Assembly: GCA_963748625.1 (NCBI GenBank)
Contig: CAVVJT010000007.1
Location: 384,001 to 448,000 of the forward strand
From: an uncultured Chloroflexia bacterium
GTDB lineage: Bacteria > Chloroflexota > Limnocylindria > Limnocylindrales > CSP1-4
Reading direction: 5' to 3'
Length of the DNA stretch: 64,000 nucleotides
Shown: piece after piece, positions 45,601-55,828 of the stretch
How positions within the stretch are numbered: position 1 is the stretch's first letter
How the letters are laid out: every line of letters starts with the position of its first letter
Program-made: the position numbers and the translations under genes
Notes under the pieces: model-generated
Database searches by the model: none
What the model was told of the DNA's origin: nothing
Seen by the model: the letters and a program-made list of their open reading frames with translations, nothing else

Positions 45601-45843
45601 AGCGCGACGCGGGTCAGCTTGCGGAAGGCCTCATCGACCGCCTCGGCCGGCAGGCCACGGGTTCAGGCGGGCGAGCGTCCGCCGGAGCCGGCCCTCGAGG
45701 ATGACGTCGCGGTACCCGGGATCGGACCGCTCCTCGCCGGGCGCTCCGACGGCGATCTCAGGACCGTGGGCGACGGACCAGCCGAGCCCGTGGAGCCAGG
45801 CAAGCGCTGCCTCCTCGACGATGGACTCGCTGAACGTCGTCAT
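42686..45843 (-). CDS. hsdR: Type I restriction endonuclease subunit R (multiple frameshifts)
   Basis: [16 protein letters not shown]; [20 protein letters not shown]; WHTQGSGKS; ADEAHRSQY; FTGTP; [10 protein letters not shown]; QAIARVNR; [10 protein letters not shown]. Confidence 0.95.
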
Positions 45844-46030
45844 CGACGGCAATCGCTTAACAAGATCGGCCCGCAATCGAGCACGAAATGGACGCTCTGT
45901 GCCGCCGCAGTCGACGATAGGCGGCCAGACGCTTGAATGAACTCATGCGGTCGGCACAGCCTCGGTCACTCTCAGAGGTGCCACCCGGATCGTGCGGCCA
46001 CTAGACATAGCCGCTACTATGCTGCACGTG

Positions 46031-46079
46031 GACTGGGGATTCCCGGTCGGCTGTGGGCCTCGACGGATTCGTCGGGGCC
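46031..46079 (-). ncRNA. Candidate DUF3800-associated structured RNA (twin hairpin)
   Basis: 8 nt after the DUF3800 stop: GGCCCCGACG-AATC-CGTCGAGGCC, a 7-nt linker, then GACCGGG-AATC-CCCAGTC. Both stems have an AATC loop and one C-A mismatch; no U-tract. Confidence 0.6.
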
Positions 46080-46087
46080 TTCTGCTT

Positions 46088-46830
46088 TCATGATGGGAAC
46101 ACCTTGAGTCCCCAGCCCGCCACCTTGCCACCGCGGCTCCGGCGGAGTTTGCGCTCGATCACGTCGTATGCGCGGTTGGGTTGCTGCGGGTCAAGCACAT
46201 GTCGCCCGATCGGCCGGGCGAGCAGATCTGCTACCTGGAGCCCGGGAACGTTGGCCGCCTTGGAAACAAAGCGAGCCTCAAGGTTGAGGGTCACGCCCCG
46301 GTAGTTCTGACGATCACAGACGCGCCGGAACTCGAGTTCGAGTGCGTCATCCTCGCGCTTGCCGCGCATTTCCAAGATGACCGGCGTCGGGGGATTGGTC
46401 GCCCCGTGCTGAGCAAGCCACAAGTACGTCCGCTCAAGTCCGAAGCCGAGAGCAGTCTCATACGGGTTCTCGGGCCAGTGGTACCGGTCGACCAGCAGGT
46501 CCTTGCGGATGACCGACGCGATCACAGTCATCTCCAGGATGTCGATCACGGCGGTCAGCTCGTCCATGAAGGCGGACTTGCGAGCTGGATCGCGAAGGAT
46601 GGAGAAGCTGCCCATGTCTTTGCGGATCTCACGCTCATGCAGCACAACCTGGTCATGACCGAAGTGGCGGAACTTGAACTCCGTGAGCATAGGCAGCACG
46701 GTGCGCGCGTAGTAGGTCTTCTCGAAGATGCAGAACGCGAGCACGAAGACCGGGTAGTGGGCATCGATTGAGGTCAGCCCATGGTCGCCGCTCTCGTCCA
46801 CGAAGACGATGTACTCCCCGCCGGCGTCAT
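46088..46830 (-). CDS. DUF3800 domain protein (RNase H-like fold)
   Basis: YIVFVDESGD, VVLHEREIRK, ILEMRGKREDDAL, GLQVADLLARPIG, WGLKVFP. The likely ATG at 46830 is out of frame with the body (probable indel). Confidence 0.88.
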
Positions 46831-46832
46831 CG

Positions 46833-47775
46833 TCAGAAGCCCAGGACCACGCGACGGAACTCGTCGGCCTGCTCACGCCCGCGTCGCGGATCTCGGAGGG
46901 CATCGAGGTAGATGCGCGTTGCAGCAGCCATCCACCGGCCCTGGTGGAGGCAGCGGAACTTGAGCCCGAAGTCACCTTCAGCCTGGACCAGGACGAGGTT
47001 GAACCCTTCCTCGGCCGACCGTGCGTCCAGGGCTTTGATCACGTCCCCAGGGCGAGAACTGGCCGCGACCCGGATCTGCGTGACGAGCGCGGACGTAAGG
47101 GCTGGGGCGAACAGTGCGGCGGCCGCCACCGCGGTGGCCGCGTAGGCGATCCCGGCCGAGTTGAGGCGCTCCGACGCCAGCGCGCTCAGGTCACCGCCCG
47201 GGCGCCCGAGCATGTATGCCGCCGTCCGCCGCGACTTCGGCTCGACATCCTCTTCGGCCCACAGGTCCAGCAACGCGGCCGGAGACAGGACCCTGCGGGT
47301 GTGGTCGGGCTCGTGCTCGGACGTACCGCGGGCCAGACGCCGGGCGCTCCTGCCGTACGCGCCATCTCGCCCACGCGCGCGCTCCGACGTGCCGAACGCG
47401 AGACGCGCATGGTCGTGCCCGGCAAGCTCCGGCACGAGCAGCGCGGCGTGCTGAAGTCACCGTGACGGCGGCCGAGTCAGCGGATCGCGGCGCCGCGCAG
47501 CGTGATGCGGTCGCCAGCGTCGAGTCGTCGGCGCCGACAGCTCACGTAGCGATCCGGCCTCGATGGCGGTCGTCGCGCGTCGCCGACCCGCGAGTCGCGC
47601 GGACTCAGCCTCGGCAGAGCGACGTCGGTGCGCTGGCCGGGCCCCATCGGTGCTGGTCTGTCCGGCGGGATGCTCCGCGCCGTCAGTCGGCCGAGCAGGC
47701 GCGTCGTAGCGCGAGTGAATCCGCGAGCGTTACGCGGACTCCGCCAACGATCGGACCTCAGCGGGCTCAGCACAG
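46833..47775 (-). CDS. AbiEi_2/DUF2186-like transcriptional regulator (type IV antitoxin-like); 5' part garbled
   Basis: PAALLDLWA, YAATAVAAA, EEGFNLVL, RIYLDALRDPRRGREQADEFR. The 5' boundary is approximate. Confidence 0.65.
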
Positions 47776-47779
47776 GGGC

Positions 47780-48945
47780 GGCGCTCGGTCCCAGTGACCG
47801 GCACCGCTGCCAGGCTCAGGTCGGTGGCACCAGAGCGACGCAGCTCGAGGCCGAGCCGGCGCGACTCGAAGCGGAGACGTGCTCGTTGATCGCAGAGACT
47901 CGTGAGGACGTTGGGAACTGCGCGTCAGGCCGACACGAAGGCGGTCATGTTGCGGCCGAGCGCGGCCCGGAAGCCCGTCGGGATCTGGGCAACTGCACCA
48001 ACCCGTCCGACGTTCGTGATCACACAGTCGCCCTCTCGGGCCTCGATCCGTGCAGTCCAGAGCGCGGTAGTCATCGTCCGCGACGAAGTACTGGTCGCTG
48101 GTATCCAGCATCCCGTGGTCGCCAATGTTCCCGAGATGAGAAGGGGAAGGCCGGCGACCTGCCGCTCGGGCTTCTTGGCGTGCAACAATCTACGACATCA
48201 GCGAGTGACCCCAGCTGCCGACCATCCACCCGGCGGGATCGGCCCAGATCGGACTCGGCCCAAGCCGGGAATTCGTCAGCCAATCGCGCCGGCAGGACCG
48301 GTTCCTGCCCATCCCCCTTGGCACGAACGGCGTCAAAGTCAACGAACCACGACTTGAAGAGCGCCCGCGCGGTCGCCTCGAGGGTCTCACTCACCCGCCG
48401 GTTCAGTTCGATCTTGTCGTCGAGCGCACCGAGGATGCCGCGATGCGACGCTGTTCGGTCGCAGCGACGGACGCGGCAGCCGAGCAGTCTGGCAAGATCG
48501 CTTGCTCGGATGCCAGAGGCACCTGCTCCCGTGTTGACGACAGACGCTCTCGGATTGCGGACCGCCGCCGCAGGACGACAGGAAGAAGTAGAAGTAGAAC
48601 AAGGGGTCCGCAATGGCCCGGTCGAGCCGCACCCGGATCACGTGCGACTCGAAGGACGACTGGTGCGGGGTCCCCCAAGAAGATCGAGCACTTGCCCGCT
48701 CCGGCCAAGACCAGCGATTGGCGTGCGAATAGCAGGTCGCCCGTCCGCAGGCCAAAGCGCGATTGCTTCCGGTTCCGTCGAGCGGAACAGCGATCCATGA
48801 CAACGTCGCGCAGGCGCCGATGGGCGAACAACGTCGCCCATGTTCACGCATCTTCGTGCCGGCGCCTCGTATTGCCGTCTCGGACGCGTTAGCCCGTTCC
48901 GGGAAGGCTCAAGACAGGCTCCCGAATTCCACGCCCGCTAGTCAC
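47780..48945 (-). CDS. hsdS: Type I R-M specificity subunit (many frameshifts; second TRD appears shortened)
   Basis: GDLLFAR, FESHVIRVR, GIRASDL, ILGALDDKIELNRRVSETLEATARALFKSWFVDF, GDCVITNVGRVG, FESRRL. Confidence 0.85.
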
Positions 48946-50489
48946 CGAAGCCGAGCCCCCGAAGGTTCGCCTCGATCAGCGCGTCGAAACGCTCTCCCTC
49001 GGCCACCTGCTCGCGCAGCGTCGCGGTCAGGCGGCGCATCTTGTCCTCGAACGGCTCGTCGTCCTCCTCGGCGTCGGCGGCCCCGACGTAGCGGCCGGGC
49101 GTGAGGACGTGGCCGTGGCCACGGATCTCGTCGAGCACGGCTGACTTGCAGAACCCGGCCTCGTCCACGTACTCGCTCGCACCCTCGTCGCCGCGCCACG
49201 CGTGGTACGTGGCGCGACGTGCGCGATCTCCTCGTCGGACAGCTCGCGGTGGGTCGGTCCACGAGCGAGCCGAGCTTGCGGGCGTCGAGAACAGCGTCTC
49301 GCCGCGGCGGTCGCGGTACGGCCGTCGCGCTTGTCGCGCGCGAGGAACCAGAGGCAGACCGGGATCTGGGTCGAGTAGAAGAGCTGGCCAGGCAGGGCGA
49401 CCATGCAGTCGACGAGGTCGGCTTCGACGATGTTCTTGCGGATCTCCCCCTCGCCGGACTGGGACGAGCTCATCGAGCCGTTGGCCAGCACGAAGCCCGC
49501 GATCCCGTCGGGCGCGAGGTGGTGGAGGAAGTGCTGGACCCAGGCGAAGTTGGCGTTGCCTGCCGGCGGCGTGCCGTACACCCAGCGCTTGTCGTCACGC
49601 AGGCAGGTCGCCGCGCCAGTCGCGAGTCGTTGAACGGCGGGTTGGCGAGGACGTAGTCGGCCTTAGGTCGGGTGGCGGTCGTTGTGGAAGGTGTCGCCGT
49701 GGCCGATCTGGGCGTCGATCCCACGGATGGCGAGGTTCATCTTCGCGATGCGCCAGGTCGTGTAGTTGGACTCCTGGCCGTAGATGCTGATGTCGCCGAT
49801 GCGCCCGGCGTGGCTCTCGATGAACCGCTCGCTCTGGACGAACATGCCGCCGCTGCCACAGCAGGGGTCGTAGACGCGGCCCTTGTACGGGGCGAGCATC
49901 TCGACGAGGACGCGGACGACGCGGGCGGGCGTGTAGAACTGGCCGCTCTGCTTGCCCTCGGCGCTCGCGAACTGGGCGAGGAAGTACTCGTAGACCCGAC
50001 CGAGCGTGTCCTTGGCCCGGTCGGCGGGGGCGCCGAGGGCGATGTCGCGACACGAGGTTGATGAGCTGGCCGAGGCGCTGCCTTGTCGAGGCCCGGGCGG
50101 GCGTAGTCGCGGGGCAGGACGCCCTTGAGGCTCGGGTTGTCGCGCTCGATGGCGTCCATCGCGTCGTCGACGAGCGTGCCGATGGTCGGCTGCGGCGCGG
50201 CGGCCTTGAGTGCGGTCCAGCGCGCTTCCTTGGGCACCCAGAAGATGCTGGCGGCGCGGTACTCGTCGGGGTCCTCGGGGTCGGCGCCGTTGGCGCGGTC
50301 GGCCTCGAGCTCGGCGTGCTTGGCCTCGAAGGCGTCGCTGATGTACTTGAGGAAGATCAGGCCCAGGACGACGTGCTTGTACTCGGCGGCGTCCATGTTG
50401 TTGCGGAGGGCGTCGGCGGCCTGCCAGAGCTTCGCCTCAAAGCCCAGATTGGTACCCGTCTCGGGCTTCGCTCGTGCTGTCCTGGCCAA
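48938..50489 (-). CDS. hsdM: Type I R-M N6-adenine methyltransferase subunit M (frameshifts)
   Basis: [29 protein letters not shown]; YDPCCGSGG; ANPPFN; NANFAW; LTPGRYVG; TTG start after GGGAGG. Confidence 0.95.
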
Positions 50490-50628
50490 GACCCCTCCCC
50501 GTGCCTGATCGGCTGCAGCCCGAGGGTAGCGACCGGTCGTCGGCCGCGCCGCGGACATCGGTAGCATGACGACGGCGTACTCGATGGCCCACGCGGAAGA
50601 GCGTTCGCCAGACCGCCTCGTCGGACGG

Positions 50629-51111
50629 CTACCCCTCGCGGCCTGCTCCCTCCATGGCTTGCCGAGCGGCTGCCAGGGTTGCGACTACGGCCGCACGTCG
50701 AGTCGGGGCGCGATTGAGCGACGACGGCGAGGGGTGGTATGTCGCGAGGCGCTCGATCCCATCGCCCATCGTGGATCGGCCCTCCAGAGCCGCGATCGTT
50801 GCCCGCACGTCGACGAGCTGGCGCGAGGCTGTCACCCCGAGGGCGACGAGCACCTGAGGACTGATCACGGACAACTCGATGTCAAGGTATGGGCGGCACG
50901 CGCGGATCTCGATCGGTGTCGGTCGCCGATCGGCAGGGGGTTGGCACTTCACCGTGTTCGTCACGTAGGCGTTGGCGCGGTCAAGCCCAGCCGCATTCAG
51001 CAGTCCGCCGAGCGACCGGCCGGCAGTTCCGACGAAGGGCACACCGACATGGTCCTCGCTGGCCACCCTGGACGCGATCTGCGCGGAGATCGGACGGGAC
51101 TCCGCGAGCAT
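50629..51111 (-). CDS. Uracil-DNA glycosylase superfamily (family 4-like); N-terminus uncertain
   Basis: [50 protein letters not shown]. Confidence 0.85.
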   Translation of the reverse strand: MLAESRPISAQIASRVASEDHVGVPFVGTAGRSLGGLLNAAGLDRANAYVTNTVKCQPPADRRPTPIEIRACRPYLDIELSVISPQVLVALGVTASRQLVDVRATIAALEGRSTMGDGIERLATYHPSPSSLNRAPTRRAAVVATLAAARQAMEGAGREG

Positions 51112-51139
51112 CGGCGGGGTGCGGGCGTCTCGATCAACC

Positions 51140-52068
51140 CGCTCCGTCCGGGCGGCTGGCGAGAGGATGTGATCAGTGGCGATGTCCCAATACGACGTGA
51201 ACAGGACCCGAAGGTCCTCTCCGTGGTCGCTGGTGATCATCTCCGAGTTCTGTCCGGAGTAGATCGCGGTCACATTGGGCACGTTGCGCGCGGATTCGCG
51301 GCCGAGGATAGCGGCCGTGCGTGGCTGACGTGCCGCGAGGCGTTCACGCGCCAGGCCGACCTGATGCCCTTGGCGGCAAGCTCCCGCCTCAAGTCGACGT
51401 ACTGCTTGCGCGCCTTCGGGCCAGAGTTGTCCGGGAGATCGAGGGAGAGGATGCGAATTCTCCGAAATCCTTCGCGCGTCCGCAGCGTCCAGCAGGGACT
51501 CGAACGCAACGGGCATGAAATGCTTGTCCAGCCACCAGATGAACTCGGAGCACTCCTCGAGGGCACGCCGGAGCCAGAGCTTATTGGAGTATGGAGTGTC
51601 CGGACTAACAAATACCGCGCGTGGTACCGGGTCGGTCGACGCAGGCCGACAGAGGATCTCAATGGCGCCGGACCGCTTGACGTACTTCACCATGCCGGCC
51701 GAATGCATAAGCATCAATAGCGACCCGAGCTTGCGGTCATTCAGTTCGTCCCCGAACCCCTGACTCCGCAGGGCCGTCTCGGCCGTAGCCCGACTGGCTG
51801 TCGACACGCCCGCCAACAGCTGACAGATTGCTGCTGCCGGCGGGTACTGTGCGAGGGCAGCACCGAGAACTGTCCGGGCAGCATCCGTCTCGCCCGTGAG
51901 GAACGTGAGGCGAAAGTAGTCCGCGCCGGCCGCCGTCAGAGTGGATTGCCCGTCGACCAACAGGAGTTCCTGAAGGAAGGCCACCGCCTCCGGATCCTGG
52001 GCGGTTCTGCGCTCGCCCAGAGCCTTGATCACCCCCTCATAGGCGACCCAGGACCTACTCGGGAGCAC
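51140..52068 (-). CDS. Helical/wHTH + PLD-like nuclease-fold protein (compensating frameshifts near 51.3-51.45 kb)
   Basis: PDTPYSNKLWLRRAL...IWWLDKHF...IRILS...THGR(x)ILG...FTSYWDIA resembles the DxxF / IRIL / H(D/G)R layout of PLD-like domains; GTG start overlaps the upstream stop. Confidence 0.55.
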
Positions 52069-52840
52069 CGTCACCGTCCGAGGCCAACTGCGACGCGAGG
52101 TTCTGCAGCTCCGACACAACCTTGCCGATCTGCGCGAAGTCGACAGCCTTGAGGGGGCTCGTCGAGAGGATTTCGAGGACAATCTCGCCAGATGCGATCG
52201 GCCACACCTGGCGAAGCACGGGCGGGGCCTGCGTGGGGCGCTCACGCCGGACAGCCGGCCCGGCTCCCACAGGCTCCGCTCCGCCGGACTCGAACGCGTC
52301 CGCCCCGACATCAGCGATCGGGCTGAAGATCACGTGGGTTGAGTCGGGCGCCGTCGCGATCCCAGCGGCGATCGCGCTAGCAACCAGAGACCTTGTGAAG
52401 TCGTCCCTCGCCGTGATCGAGACGCCGTGCGTGTGGACGGCGTTGTTGCCAAGAGCGGTCAGCTCGAGGGGCGTGTCCTTGGCCACATCCGCATAGGTCT
52501 TTGCGAACACTGCAGCCGAGAAGAAGGCCTTCTGAAGCGCTTCCTTCTCGCTGTCCTCGCTGGTGGGCAGTGCGATCGCCAGCCCGGTCGAAGTCAGAGA
52601 CAGCCGGTCACCCGTACCCGCGAGCACACCCCACTCCCGCATGGACGCAAGCTTCATCCGAAAGGGGCCGCTGTTGTCGGTCTTGTGGCCGAGGTAGGTT
52701 GCGATGGAGGCGGTGCTATGCGTCTTGCCGTACTTGCCGAGCTTCTTGAGAGCTTCCGAAGTGTCTGCCAGATTGAAGGTCGGAAACCCAACGCCGGGGC
52801 GACGCCGTGTCGAGAGGCCGACCGATGAAGGCTCAGTCAT
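52055..52840 (-). CDS. Winged-helix protein (DUF5343-like)
   Basis: FPTFNL...IATYLGH..NSGPFRMKLASMREWGVL...LSLTSTGLAIALP...ALQKAF pattern, a flexible linker and a small C-terminal domain. Confidence 0.6.
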   Translation of the reverse strand: MTEPSSVGLSTRRRPGVGFPTFNLADTSEALKKLGKYGKTHSTASIATYLGHKTDNSGPFRMKLASMREWGVLAGTGDRLSLTSTGLAIALPTSEDSEKEALQKAFFSAAVFAKTYADVAKDTPLELTALGNNAVHTHGVSITARDDFTRSLVASAIAAGIATAPDSTHVIFSPIADVGADAFESGGAEPVGAGPAVRRERPTQAPPVLRQVWPIASGEIVLEILSTSPLKAVDFAQIGKVVSELQNLASQLASDGDGAPE

Positions 52841-53080
52841 TCGTGTACTCCGAATCCTCAAGTGAGTTCGTTGAGTACATACCGTACTGTGCCGGACTCT
52901 CGCCGTCAACCCCCGGTAGCTCACCGAGATCGCCGGTGCGCTTCTGCCCGCCCGTTCTCCTGACCCGTCGAACCCGGGGGAGGGATGGCCGCCAGCGTGT
53001 GCGGACAGCTGTCACCGGGCATCCTGGAGCCCGTGCTCGCGGGCGCACCGGCGTAGGATGCGCGGCAAGGGGTGCTCGCG

Positions 53081-54148
53081 ATGCGCAAGACCGCCATCGT
53101 CGTCGTCGTGCTCGTGGGACTCATCGCGCTGCCGGGGCTGCTGGCCGGCCTCCTGCTGCTGTCGGGCACCGTCAAGGTGGGCGACCCGATGCTTGATCCC
53201 GCACCCACCGGGCCGACCGTGTCCGCAGCGCCATCGCCCGGAGCGGCATCGCCCGCCGCCGGGGATCCCGTCTTCGAGGCCGACATCGCCCGTGCGATCG
53301 AGTCTGCGCAAGCTGTTCGGCCTCCGGTCGGACGAGGCGTGGGTCCGCCAGGTGGCCGCGGACCCCATGGCCCGGATCTTCATGCTCGACTTCCCGATGA
53401 CCCGCGAGGAGGAGCGCGAGTTCGAGGCGCGCAGCAGCTCGACTTCGAGCAGATCGCCCAGGCGGCCCAGGCCTACGGCGACGAGCATCCGGACACGTTC
53501 GGCGGCGTCTGGATCGACCAGCAGCGCCAGACCGTGGTCGCCGCCTGGACCCGCGACGCGGAGCTCCACCGGATGGCCATCCTCGCGGACCTGCGCAGCT
53601 TCGGCCCGGTCGAGGCCCGGACGGTCGCCTACTCGGAACGGCAGCTCGCTGGCGCTCCAGGAGCGGATCGACGGGCCGGACTGGCTCCGGACGATCCCGG
53701 CGGCCTTCATGGGCAGCAGCACCGACATCATGGAGAACCGCGTGTGGCTGGGGATCTCGTCGGCGGTGCCGGACGCGGAGGCACGGATCCTCGACCACCT
53801 CGGCGTCGGGGCGGACATGCTCCAGGTGAGTCGGATGGCACCGGGGTCCTGCTCCAGGATCGCGGCACGATCCACATCCACGTCGTGCGGCCGGACGGCA
53901 AGGGGACGGGCGGCTTCGACTGGAACGTCGAGTGGACGCCGGACCGGCCCGGTGGCGGTGACTGCGGCGAGATGGTCGGCATCGCCATCCCGGACGACGG
54001 CCGCTTCGACCTCGCCTGCGCACCGGGCGGCTGGACCATCGCGATCCAGGAGCGCGGCGGCGACGACGGCTGGACCGACATCGGCACGGGCCACGTCGTG
54101 GTGCCCGAGGGCGGAGACGTGGACCTGGAGATCAGCGTCCAGCCCTGA
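53081..54148 (+). CDS. Membrane-anchored/secreted hypothetical protein (frameshifts)
   Basis: Hydrophobic N-terminus MRKTAIVVVVLVGLIALPG, Pro-rich linker, then FGLRSDEAWVR, TFGGVWIDQ and CGEMVG...LACAPGGW alternating between frames. Confidence 0.7.
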   Translation: MRKTAIVVVVLVGLIALPGLLAGLLLLSGTVKVGDPMLDPAPTGPTVSAAPSPGAASPAAGDPVFEADIARAIESAQAVRPPVGRGVGPPGGRGPHGPDLHARLPDDPRGGARVRGAQQLDFEQIAQAAQAYGDEHPDTFGGVWIDQQRQTVVAAWTRDAELHRMAILADLRSFGPVEARTVAYSERQLAGAPGADRRAGLAPDDPGGLHGQQHRHHGEPRVAGDLVGGAGRGGTDPRPPRRRGGHAPGESDGTGVLLQDRGTIHIHVVRPDGKGTGGFDWNVEWTPDRPGGGDCGEMVGIAIPDDGRFDLACAPGGWTIAIQERGGDDGWTDIGTGHVVVPEGGDVDLEISVQP

Positions 54149-54175
54149 CGTCCCGCGCCGGCAAGAACGCGAAGT

Positions 54176-54208
54176 CGCCGGGCGGCCCCTGCGGAGGGCC
54201 GCCCGGCG
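54176..54208. terminator. GC-rich hairpin between convergent genes
   Basis: CGCCGGGCGGCCC-N7-GGGCCGCCCGGCG, 13-bp perfect stem. Confidence 0.6.
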
Positions 54209-54239
54209 CTGGAGGTGAGGATGCTGGTGGAGGCGTCGG

Positions 54240-55775
54240 CTACCGGTGCGGATCCGACGCCGGGTTGTAGATCGCGTAGAGCTGGCCCATCTCGACGAGC
54301 TCGCCGCCGATGGACGTGTGCACCTGGTCGGTGGCCAGGAACCAGCCGCGGCCGAGAACGCTCGACGCGTCGATGATCCCGGACGACTCCTCGTCCTGGG
54401 TCAGGAAGCCCGGAGCGCCGGGGGTGAACCGGGCCGGGTCGTGCTCGGCGATGGCGGTCAGGGTGTCGGTCGCGATGGCGTACGACCAGATCCTCGCGAG
54501 GTAGGCCTGGTTGCCCGGGTCCTCCTGGATCAGGACGTTGCCGTAGCGGTCGACGGTGAGGTTGTCCATCATCTGCGGGCCCTCGGTGCCGTCGAGCAGT
54601 ATCGAGAGCGTGCCGCCCGCGGCCGGGTTGCGCACGTCGTCGAACCGGAGGCGCCACAGGCGGGAGTTGCCCACCTGCGAGGCGTTCTCGAATCGGTCGG
54701 TGGTGACAAAGTAGAAGTCATCGGGGTTGCGCGGGTCCCAGGCGCCGTCCTCCGGGCGGAGGAACTCGGTGACGCCGTTCTGCAGCGAGGCGACCTGGAG
54801 CTGCTCGCCGGTCCAGGACGACACGTCGCCGAACTCGTGCAGGTCGAAGGGGACGCTCGCCCCGTTGACGCCCGCAAGCCGGTCCTCCATCGAGGCGCCG
54901 GCGTACGTGACGCCCTTGTAGCTGCGGTCGGCGGTGGGAGCACCCGGGACGGCCACGCCGAAGAGCGAGCCGCCGACGAGACCGGCGCGCTCGAGCGCGG
55001 TGCCGCGACGCTGCTTCTCGCCCACGTAGACGTAGACCTGGCCCGGCGTGGAGTCGTCCAGGCCGATCATGACGGTCGTGCGGCCACCGGCCGGCGACGC
55101 GACCAGGTTCTCCCAGCTCGCCTTGCCGAGGGCGGGCAGCTCGTACGAGGTGCCCTGCGCGGCGCCGGTGACGAGATGGGCGAACGCACGACCCTCGTCG
55201 CCTGCCTCCTCACCGCTGAAGAAGACCCGGCCGTCGTAGCCGGTCCGGGAGCGGGCGTCCCAGAGCGCGGACTTGGCGGGCAGGTCGGCGGAGCAGAAGC
55301 GGTTGAAGTTGGCGTCGGCACCCGTGCGGGTCTCGTAGGCGCCGGTGGTCGCGTTCCAGAAGTAGGCGGTGCGGATGAGGTCCGAGCCCTCGTCGACGTC
55401 GAGGTCGTCGCCGTCGATCTCCCACTGGGAGACGAAGGCGCCGCCGGTGCCGCCGTGCGCCCGGCCGATGCCGACGCCGGACCCGAGCTCGTGGGTCGCG
55501 AACAGGCGCAGCTCGTCGCCGTCGCGCGAGCATGCCCAGGCCGTCGGGGATGCCGACCAGGGCGTAGCCGTCGACCGTGTCGCCGACGGTCAGGATGGAG
55601 CGGGTCTTCACCCCGGGCGCGATGGGCACCACGTAGGGCGACTCGCTGGTGCTGGGGCCGGTCGAGGTGGCCGGCCTCCGCGGCGAAGCGCGGCCGGTGC
55701 TGCGACGAGGCTGGCGCCGATCCAGGCGCCGGCTGTGATCTGCACGGCCCGACGCCGCGCGGGGATGTGTCCCAC
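54240..55775 (-). CDS. PhoX/DUF839-like secreted alkaline phosphatase (frameshifts in the 5' half)
   Basis: RR-containing signal; SILTVGD..VGIPDGLG; NRFCSADL; WEN; FLRPEDGAWDP; MDNLTV..LIQEDPG; ESSGIID. Confidence 0.78.
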
Positions 55776-55828
55776 GATCCGTGTTCCTCCCTGTCCTTGC
55801 TTGATGCGGTCAGGTTGGGGAGCGTCAG

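Noticed and set aside
42686-50489. Programmed frameshifting or phase variation in hsd genes
   Set aside because: Shifts are numerous, not at homopolymer or slippery tracts, and similar shifts also hit unrelated genes such as ybeY.
53010-53035. Fourth ECF promoter (TGTCAC-N16-CGTG) before the secreted hypothetical gene
   Set aside because: Spacing and -10 element deviate from the A2M motif; a chance match cannot be excluded in GC-rich DNA.
40920-53050. Prophage or integrative element
   Set aside because: No integrase, transposase, phage structural gene or flanking direct repeat was recognised by eye.
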